The notes under the pieces: generated by a model | What the model was told of the DNA's origin: nothing | Seen by the model: only the letters and a program-made list of their open reading frames with translations | Databases searched by the model: none | Position numbers and translations under genes: made by a program | In this document: positions 46,644 through 54,076 of the stretch, one piece after another | How positions within the stretch are numbered: the stretch's first letter is position 1 | Layout: every line of letters starts with the position of its first letter | Assembly: GCA_030670905.1 (NCBI GenBank) | Contig: DAOVAR010000001.1 | Location: 285-64,284, forward strand | Origin: Candidatus Bipolaricaulota bacterium | Lineage (GTDB): Bacteria; Bipolaricaulota; Bipolaricaulia; UBA7950; UBA9294 | Direction: 5' to 3' | DNA length: 64,000 nucleotides

Positions 46644-47558
46644 TCAATGCTTGTTACGTAATACGTCCTCAATTCGTTCTTCGAGGACTGACATGCGAGA
46701 GAATTTCTCCATGCGAAGCACAGTGGAGGCAACAGCATAAACTGCTTCTCTTGGAACGACGCCCACAATTTCGCTATCTAACACGCTTATGCCATGATGC
46801 TCGGCTTCATTCTTAACCATCTCGAAGACACGAAGTATTGGTGTCTTCTTGAAGTTGGTAAGGTTCATTGATATCTGCACTATATTCCGTTCCTTAAGCG
46901 CAAAGGCAAGCGCCTTTACATCGTGTAATCCGCCACTTGAACCGCGAACGGCAGCAGCGATTTTCTTTGCTGTGATTAAGTCCGTGGTTTCTAGGTTGAT
47001 ATTGTAGGCAACTAAGAATTGTCGTGCTCCTATTGCTGTGACGCCTGCAGTTGGGTGAACCTTTGCAGTACCGAAATCAGGTTTCCATTCAGGTTTCTTG
47101 ACCTTTTCGAAGAAACCCTCGAATTCACCCTTTCTGATCGTTGCCAGGTTTTGTCGCGTCTCATTTGTTGCTGATTCTTCGTACAAATACACGGGGATCT
47201 CATACTTTTCTGCTATTGTCTTTCCGACTTGGCGAGAAAGGGCAATACAGTCTTTCATGGATACGTTATGTATGGGAATGAATGGAATTACATCGACTGC
47301 CCCCATGCGGGGGTGCTCCCCATGGTGTTTCGTCAAATCTATTCTTGTCACCGCTTCTTCAACTAAATGGTCGATCCCGACAGCAACCATAGCTGGCTCA
47401 CCAACAATGGTTATTACCGAGCGATTGTGATCCACATCCGAATCGACATCAAGCACATGCCGCCCTTCTCCCCGAGTAGCATGAGCTATCGCGTTTATCA
47501 CGCTGCTTCTGCGACCCTCGCTGATGTTTGGAACCGATTCAACAAGCCTTGGCTTCAT
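46644..47558 (-). CDS. ftcD: Glutamate formimidoyltransferase (formiminotransferase domain of FTCD)
   Basis: 304 aa, MKPRLVESVPNISEGRR (compare FTCD MxLVECVPNFSEGR). Confidence 0.8.
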   Translation of the reverse strand: MKPRLVESVPNISEGRRSSVINAIAHATRGEGRHVLDVDSDVDHNRSVITIVGEPAMVAVGIDHLVEEAVTRIDLTKHHGEHPRMGAVDVIPFIPIHNVSMKDCIALSRQVGKTIAEKYEIPVYLYEESATNETRQNLATIRKGEFEGFFEKVKKPEWKPDFGTAKVHPTAGVTAIGARQFLVAYNINLETTDLITAKKIAAAVRGSSGGLHDVKALAFALKERNIVQISMNLTNFKKTPILRVFEMVKNEAEHHGISVLDSEIVGVVPREAVYAVASTVLRMEKFSRMSVLEERIEDVLRNKH

Positions 47559-47988
47559 TCCCTTTGTCTTCTACGATTATGGAGATGGTTGCAGTTGCCG
47601 CTATCTCGTTGTTCACTGACGCTTCTGCTTCGATTTGCAGTAATCTGTCTCTTTGGCGTAGCCTGCTTGCCGATAGAATTAGCTGATCTCCAGGGATGAC
47701 TTTACGTCGGAAGCGAGCCTTATCTACTCTAGCCAGGAAACCAAGCTCGCTCTTTCCTCCAAGGAGAAAAGCGGCTGTCTGTGCCATTGCTTCCAGGATT
47801 AGTGTTCCCGGCATAATTGCCTGAAAAGGCTCCGGGAAATGCCCCTGGAAGAATGGTTCGTTTATGGTTACGTTCTTGACCGCGATAACGTGTTCCTTGT
47901 CTTGCTCCAGGACCCGGTCAATCATCAAGTAAGGATAGCGGTGTGGAAGAACCTGCCTAATGTCTTCAGCGTTACAGGACATCTGCAA
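47539..47988 (-). CDS. fabZ: 3-hydroxyacyl-ACP dehydratase FabZ
   Basis: 149 aa with LPHRYPYLMIDRV and a hot-dog fold. Confidence 0.9.
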   Translation of the reverse strand: MQMSCNAEDIRQVLPHRYPYLMIDRVLEQDKEHVIAVKNVTINEPFFQGHFPEPFQAIMPGTLILEAMAQTAAFLLGGKSELGFLARVDKARFRRKVIPGDQLILSASRLRQRDRLLQIEAEASVNNEIAATATISIIVEDKGNEAKAC

Positions 47989-48735
47989 TTATCTCAACGA
48001 TTCTGTAAGCTCGCGTTTCACCATATCGGTGATGTCCGTTAGCTTTGCCGTATTGCGGTAGATGATGACGTTCTTGGCTCGCAATACCAGATCGTAGCCG
48101 TTTGCCAGAGCAACCTTGTTTGCTCCATCGACGATTCTTGAAGTCGCCAGATTGGTAAGCAGCTCGTCAAGCTGGGTGAATGCGTTTCGTGCCTGCGTGA
48201 AACGGCTGTCAAACTCCTCTGACTCAATTACACCGACTCTCACTGATGATGCTAAGCTCTTTATTTCATCAACAATCGGTTGTGCTTGTTCTCGTAGTTG
48301 TTCCAGGTAACCGCGAACGTCGGAAAAACCGGAAGCGGCAGTCAATATGTCGATCGTTCTCATGCTGATATTGATCTGCGCTTGCAGGAGCTCAACTTGC
48401 TTCAGGTCATACGTGTTCTCGTATTCTTCCTTAGAGATGGCGCCCTCCATATATTGCCTCTGCAGAGCGATGATTTCTTCTTGCTTATCGAATGCCCTTT
48501 GGCGCTCCTCTTGCACCTTGTTGGTGAACACGGTGAATGCATCCTCAGCGTTGACATAGGCAATACTTATGCCTGGCGTAACCGGGTTTGTCTCGAGGCC
48601 TAGTACGCGGTTCTCGAGCGTATCAAAAGTTGCTTGATCAACTTCACCATTCGATTGAGGGACAAACTGTAAGGCTATCGCTCCAGCGCCAACAAGCAGG
48701 GCAATTATTGCTATGACTAGGGATGTCTTGGACAT
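47989..48735 (-). CDS. skp: OmpH/Skp-family periplasmic chaperone
   Basis: 248 aa with a signal peptide and a coiled-coil-rich K/E/Q-rich body. It lies between bamA and fabZ as in Gram-negative clusters. Confidence 0.7.
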   Translation of the reverse strand: MSKTSLVIAIIALLVGAGAIALQFVPQSNGEVDQATFDTLENRVLGLETNPVTPGISIAYVNAEDAFTVFTNKVQEERQRAFDKQEEIIALQRQYMEGAISKEEYENTYDLKQVELLQAQINISMRTIDILTAASGFSDVRGYLEQLREQAQPIVDEIKSLASSVRVGVIESEEFDSRFTQARNAFTQLDELLTNLATSRIVDGANKVALANGYDLVLRAKNVIIYRNTAKLTDITDMVKRELTESLR

Positions 48736-48796
48736 TCTTCCTCCTTTTTCTTTCTAGAAGCAGCTAATTATAGACAGAGAGTAACCTCTTGTCATC

Positions 48797-50947
48797 CTAA
48801 AACAGGGGACTGAAGCCAAAGCCAAATCTTGGCACGATATCCATCTCTGGGCCGAGAACCCATGCCATGTTCAAACGCACGTACATCCCGACTGCCGCAA
48901 TTCCTAGCTCTACCCCAAAAGATGCCTTTGTACCTTTGAGATTTACTTGGCTCAGATTGACTCCACTATCAAAGAACAGGCTTGTTGTTAACCCTTCTAC
49001 TATGGCCAGACGATACTCGATGTTTGAGTAAAACAACCGATCTACATAGGAGGTTTCTGCTCCACGGATTGTCGAAGTTCCACCGAACTCATAAGCCTGC
49101 GAGATGGGAATGTCTTTTCCACCCCCCGCGACCAAGCGGATCGCGAGGACTTGATCACGCGAAGCGAGAAAAGGAAGATCAATGTGTAAAGAGGTGAAGT
49201 ATACCCAGCTTAGATCAACCTTGGAGAACTCTACTCCGGGGGCGAACACACCAGCCTGCTCTAGCGCCACACGACGACGACTACCTGTAGTGGGAAAACT
49301 TGGGTTGGAAATGTCATCATAACGTAGAGCAACTGTGGCTGAATTGATGATTTGTTTAATTGGGTCGACCTGTTCATGTTTGTATGCAAGATCAAGGTTT
49401 GTGTAGTTGGCCCAGGGGTAACTAACGGAAGCATTTCCTCCTAGGGTAACAAAGTTTGTTATCTCTTCGCCCGCTGTTCTTTCCTGGCTCTTGCGGTAGA
49501 TATTGAGCCCGACGCGGCTGAAATTGCCAAAGAAGGAGACTGTGCTATAACCCAAGTTCCACTCTGTACTCTCGTCTCCGATAAGCCCTCGGCTGTAAGA
49601 AAGAGACAGATCCTGCCCGGTACCAAAAAGGTTCTTCTGGGTATACGTAAGTGTTCCCAGTAATCCCTGGCTTGCTGGTGAGTAAGTTAGGGAACCATTG
49701 ATCCCGCCTAGTTTCTCGTTTTCGCCGATGGAAACTGTGAGGTGTACGGTTTCCTCAGCCCATTCGGGGAAGATGTCGACTATACCGAAATAACCAAGCG
49801 CCATGAGGACTTGATAGCTTACGGCCAGCTCCTGGCGGTTCAATACTTCTCCAATGCGTATCCCCAGGTTCTTCAAAATAACGTAGTCTTCGGTATAGCT
49901 GTTCCCCTCCAGACTGATCTCTCCGATTTTCCCTTCCTGCACTTCCAAAAAAAGCCTATCTCCCTTGATACTCTCTACGGAAAAGCGAACCATGACGTAA
50001 CCATTGCGATAGTAGAGCTCGTAGAGGCCTTCTACTATTTGTAGGAGAGCGTAGTTGTCGATCGGAGTCTGTGGAATTCTACCCAATGCAGCTTGCGCAA
50101 CGTCCTCTGGGAACATGCTGATCCCCACAAGCGCAATATCTTTGATATCAATGGTGGCATCTATAAGAACGCGTTCTTTGAGATTCCATACAAGCTGTAT
50201 TGAATCCTGCGTTATTCCTTGTTCCGGGGTTACGTCGACTTCAGAGAAATAGAACGAGGAGTTAAGGTTCGTTATCGTTTGCTGAATTTGTGTCTTTTTC
50301 AGACATTTATCTGTGGGAATGTCAATCATTTTCAAGGCAAGTTCTTCTGGAATGTCTACTAGCCCAGAGATGACGTTCCCCGTTACTTTCCCCTCGATGA
50401 TTTGTACTTGCAGAGTCTCTCCTGGGGTCACCTTTCCCATCATGATAAGGGTATATCCCTTTTCGTCGTATGCGTCGATTACGGCGTTCAACGCTTCTAT
50501 TAGGGAGTTGGTGTTAAGCACCATTCCCTTCCTTACTCCATGATCTCGCAAGACGCGAAGGATGTTATCTGTGGGCATAATTAATGGGCGGAAGAGCGTG
50601 ATTCCAAAGAGCTCAAAGGGTTCTGTGTTGATGTTCCCTGTAATCTCAATCGTGTTCAGAACAGGGTTTTCCTTTACATGAAAAATGAGCGTTCCTTGTT
50701 CACCGGCTTCAGGGATCACTTCGCTGAACCAGCCTAGTTCGTAGATTGCCTGTGATGCTGCTTTTAGCTCATCAGCAGTAATCTGGCTCCCTGGTTCGAA
50801 GTTAACTACATCTAGGATTTCTCTTGCTTGGATTTCCTCATTGCCATCGATCTCTATCTTTGAGATAGTGAGCGGAAAAACGGCCGCTAACGCAGCTATT
50901 GACCAAGCAAGAAACACGGCTAAGCTTAGCGCGAAGAATCTTTTCAC
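48797..50947 (-). CDS. bamA: Outer membrane protein assembly factor BamA
   Basis: 716 aa with a signal peptide, POTRA repeats and a C-terminal beta-barrel ending in ...RFGFGFSPLF. Confidence 0.85.
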   Translation of the reverse strand: MKRFFALSLAVFLAWSIAALAAVFPLTISKIEIDGNEEIQAREILDVVNFEPGSQITADELKAASQAIYELGWFSEVIPEAGEQGTLIFHVKENPVLNTIEITGNINTEPFELFGITLFRPLIMPTDNILRVLRDHGVRKGMVLNTNSLIEALNAVIDAYDEKGYTLIMMGKVTPGETLQVQIIEGKVTGNVISGLVDIPEELALKMIDIPTDKCLKKTQIQQTITNLNSSFYFSEVDVTPEQGITQDSIQLVWNLKERVLIDATIDIKDIALVGISMFPEDVAQAALGRIPQTPIDNYALLQIVEGLYELYYRNGYVMVRFSVESIKGDRLFLEVQEGKIGEISLEGNSYTEDYVILKNLGIRIGEVLNRQELAVSYQVLMALGYFGIVDIFPEWAEETVHLTVSIGENEKLGGINGSLTYSPASQGLLGTLTYTQKNLFGTGQDLSLSYSRGLIGDESTEWNLGYSTVSFFGNFSRVGLNIYRKSQERTAGEEITNFVTLGGNASVSYPWANYTNLDLAYKHEQVDPIKQIINSATVALRYDDISNPSFPTTGSRRRVALEQAGVFAPGVEFSKVDLSWVYFTSLHIDLPFLASRDQVLAIRLVAGGGKDIPISQAYEFGGTSTIRGAETSYVDRLFYSNIEYRLAIVEGLTTSLFFDSGVNLSQVNLKGTKASFGVELGIAAVGMYVRLNMAWVLGPEMDIVPRFGFGFSPLF

Positions 50948-50959
50948 TTGCTTCCTCCT

Positions 50960-52495
50960 TTAGGTAAAGCTGCCATCGATTGAGCGATACTGGAGGGCCT
51001 CAGCAATGTGCTCCGCGGAGATCTGTGGAGCGCCTTCAAGATCGGCAACGGTTCGTGCTACTTTGAGGACACGTGTGTAGCCCCGGGCACTTAGCGAAAA
51101 CCGATCGATAGCCTTTTCTAAAAGCCCCTTCGCCTCTTTCCTAAGTATGCAGTATTGTCCTAACTCTTTCGAATTCAGTTGCGCATTCGAAAATCGACCT
51201 GGCTTTGTCTTCATTCGCTCCCATTGTATCCGTCTTGCTTCCCTTACTCTAGCCTGGATGGAGCGCGAGTCTTCCCCTGTGGGGCGGGCGACTAGTTCCT
51301 CTCGGCTAAGCCGTGGAACTTCAACGAAGAGATCGATTCTGTCCATGAATGGGCCAGAGATGCGTTTTCGATAGCGTTTGATTTCGTGTAGACTACAAGT
51401 GCATGGATGAAGGTGGTCCCCCCGGTGTCCGCATGGGCAGGGATTCATTGCACAGACCAACATGAAATTGGCGGGATAGCGGACTGATACACCTGCGCGA
51501 GACAACAAGATTGTTCGGTCTTCAAGTGGTTGTCGCAGAGTTTCCAGAACGCGCCGATCGAATTCAGGGAGTTCATCAAGAAACAGTACGCCGCGGTGAA
51601 CAAGGGTAACTTCCCCTGGACTTGGGAGGCCATGTCCTCCACCCACCATTCCCGCATAGGAGATGGTGTGGTGCGGAGACCGAAACGGTCGTTGAGTCAC
51701 TAGGGGTGCATTGTGTTCTACCATGCCCGCGCTGCTATGAATTCGTGTAACTTCAATCGATTCCTCAAATGAAAGAGGTGGAAGAATTCCGGGGAGGCAA
51801 TTTGCTAACATGCTTTTTCCCGCTCCGGGAGGACCGATCATCAGTAGATTGTGTTCGCCTGCCGCAGCCACCTCAAGTGCACGCTTAGCCTGCTCTTGTC
51901 CCTTTATTTCAGACATATCAACTAAGGGTTGCTTGAAGGCTCTTGCCATAACCTCAGCGCGATCCATTTTGAATCTGCCCAGGGCGAGCTTGCCAGAAAG
52001 TCCTTCAGTCACTTCAGCGAGCGTGCGCACAGGGTACACGGCAATATCTTCGATGAGTGCTCCCTCACGAGCATTGTCCTCCGGCAGAACTATCCCATCC
52101 ATTCTTGCTTGAGCTGCCAGCAGGGTGATTGGCAGAACCCCGCGCACACTTCGTACTTCACCATTCAGGGAGAGTTCTCCAAGGAGCAAGTAACGCCCCG
52201 GACAAGGAGAGAGTTGACCGGATGCCACAAGGATCCCTAGAGCGATCGGAAGGTCGAATCCAACGCCTTCCTTGCGTAGATCAGCTGGAGCGAGATTGGC
52301 GGTGATTCGACTTGGTGGGAACGAATAGCCCGAATTCTTTATTGCGCTGCGGATCCGTTCACGGCTTTCAGTTATTTCCTTTTCTGGTAGCCCCACGATT
52401 TGAAATCTGGGAAGACCGCCCGCTACATCGCACTGTACTTCCACTATTCTCGCGTCGATCCCGATTACTACACCGCTCAAAAACTGTGCGAACAT
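50960..52495 (-). CDS. yifB: YifB/ComM-family Mg-chelatase-like AAA+ ATPase
   Basis: 511 aa with an N-terminal Lon-like domain and Walker A GPPGAGKSM. Confidence 0.85.
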   Translation of the reverse strand: MFAQFLSGVVIGIDARIVEVQCDVAGGLPRFQIVGLPEKEITESRERIRSAIKNSGYSFPPSRITANLAPADLRKEGVGFDLPIALGILVASGQLSPCPGRYLLLGELSLNGEVRSVRGVLPITLLAAQARMDGIVLPEDNAREGALIEDIAVYPVRTLAEVTEGLSGKLALGRFKMDRAEVMARAFKQPLVDMSEIKGQEQAKRALEVAAAGEHNLLMIGPPGAGKSMLANCLPGILPPLSFEESIEVTRIHSSAGMVEHNAPLVTQRPFRSPHHTISYAGMVGGGHGLPSPGEVTLVHRGVLFLDELPEFDRRVLETLRQPLEDRTILLSRAGVSVRYPANFMLVCAMNPCPCGHRGDHLHPCTCSLHEIKRYRKRISGPFMDRIDLFVEVPRLSREELVARPTGEDSRSIQARVREARRIQWERMKTKPGRFSNAQLNSKELGQYCILRKEAKGLLEKAIDRFSLSARGYTRVLKVARTVADLEGAPQISAEHIAEALQYRSIDGSFT

Positions 52496-52854
52496 GTCTC
52501 CTCAACTTGGAACGCATCCCTGTAAAGCGAGATCCCCTTGCTCTCCACTATTAGTACATCGAATCGGGCTGGTAGCTCAGATCTAGTGATCATCAAGTAA
52601 GCCCTTGCTGCGGTAATGATCCGCTTGCATTTCCAAAAAGGTACCGCTTCTCTTGCGTCACCGTACCCCGAACTTGTGCGCATCTTAACTTCGACAAATA
52701 TAAGGGTTCCTTTGTCGCGGGCAATAATATCTATTTCTCCAAAGCGAGACTGCCAATTACGTTCGATGATTCCATATCCGTGTTTGCGAAGAAACTCGCA
52801 CGCAATATCTTCCGCCCATTTTCCAAGCTGTTGTCTTGTCTTCTTATGTGTCAT
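52477..52854 (-). CDS. yraN: YraN-family (UPF0102) endonuclease
   Basis: GKWAEDIACEFLRKHGYGIIERNWQSRFGEIDIIARDKGTLIFVEVKMR. The start is probably the internal ATG at 52854. Confidence 0.75.
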   Translation of the reverse strand: MTHKKTRQQLGKWAEDIACEFLRKHGYGIIERNWQSRFGEIDIIARDKGTLIFVEVKMRTSSGYGDAREAVPFWKCKRIITAARAYLMITRSELPARFDVLIVESKGISLYRDAFQVEETCSHSF

Positions 52855-53011
52855 ATGTTGTTGTCCCATATTTGATGATATGTAATATGATAACCGCATT
52901 GTGCTGTGTTAGGCAAGGAAGGATAAGTCGCGAAAATGACTTTGCGAACTCTAGTGAGTATGGGTATACTTTATATGTTGTGAACAGGACAAAAATGAGC
53001 AAGAAGGTTAG

Positions 53012-53688
53012 ATGTGCATAGTCCTTATGAATGTTGCAGTAGTTACTGAGGGAACCTCTATAGCTGAAAACGTGAACCTCAAGATTACTGATACTGGAAT
53101 CTCTTCCATTACCAAAGAAGATTTGTCAACAACCGAAGGGGATGTGTCAATAAACGGGACAGGTAGATTGCCGATCCCGGGGTTGATTAACGCGCATACT
53201 TACCTGGCAGAGACATTGAGCGAGGCAAAGCGGTGCCGGGAACAGAAGGGAGTTACCTCGGTCGAGCACCTAGATCGGATTGGTGCTTTTTCTGTTCCTG
53301 CTCTAGCTGCTCATTGTGTCTATGTGAATAGCGATGACATGTGCTTGCTTGCTGACAAAAAAGTGAGAGTGGTTCACTGTCCGCGAAGTAACGCGAAGCT
53401 CGCGTCGGAAAACTCCCTAGTTTCGATGATGCTGGAAAATACAGTAACAATCGCGCTGGGAAAGATGGAGCAGCCTCAGACAACGGCTCGAACATGATGG
53501 AACAGATAGTGACAGTGAATGGCGCTTCTACTTTGAATAAAGAAATAGAGACTCTTAGCGTGAGAAAGGAAGCTGACCTCTTGTCAGCCTTGGTCTATTC
53601 TGTGCAGACAGAAGATGCAACCGAGGTCATTGTTGCCGCTCGGGTCTTGCTACGGGACAGAGAACTCTCGACAATCGATGAAGAATAG
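53012..53688 (+). pseudogene. Decayed remnant of an MtaD/SsnA-like amidohydrolase (5-methylthioadenosine / S-adenosylhomocysteine deaminase family)
   Basis: Two adjacent ORFs of 161 and 64 aa. The first joins the N-terminal metal-binding region (IPGLINAHTY, with HxH degraded to HxY) directly to the late-barrel region (AAHCVY...VVHCPRSNAKLAS...IALGKME, with the TDG Asp lost). About 170 aa are missing between them. The second ORF matches the amidohydrolase C-terminal tail (...STIDEE). Confidence 0.5.
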
Positions 53689-53798
53689 GCAAGAGAAGAA
53701 GCAAGATGCCTGACAGACAGGTATAAGAACTGAATAGTTGTCCAGTCCTGGGAGAAGGGGTATCCCTCGCTCGGGATTAGGAAACAAAGGGAGGGCAG

Positions 53799-54071
53799 AT
53801 GAGCCTTACATGTGAGAGGACAGAGGAGATAATCCGTAAGTACGGGAAAGATGAGAAAGATACCGGATCAGTGAGCGTACAAATTGCACTTCTAACGGAA
53901 CGTGTTACCCAGTTAACAGGACATTTGAATGTGCATAAGAAGGATTTTGGCTCGCAGCGAGGTCTGCGAAAGATGGTCGGCCAACGCCGTCGCTTGCTGA
54001 AGTATCTAAAGAATCAAGACCTAGCAGCATATAAGGATCTGATTCAACAACTGGGAATAAGAGGAGTATAG
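53799..54071 (+). CDS. rpsO: 30S ribosomal protein S15
   Basis: 90 aa. Confidence 0.95.
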   Translation: MSLTCERTEEIIRKYGKDEKDTGSVSVQIALLTERVTQLTGHLNVHKKDFGSQRGLRKMVGQRRRLLKYLKNQDLAAYKDLIQQLGIRGV

Positions 54072-54076
54072 AACAA

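Noticed and set aside
53745-53798. Hairpin ATCCC-tcgctc-GGGAT in the rpsO leader as an S15 autoregulatory structure
   Set aside because: It is a plausible location, but the stem is only 5 bp. I cannot verify the three-way-junction or pseudoknot fold by eye.
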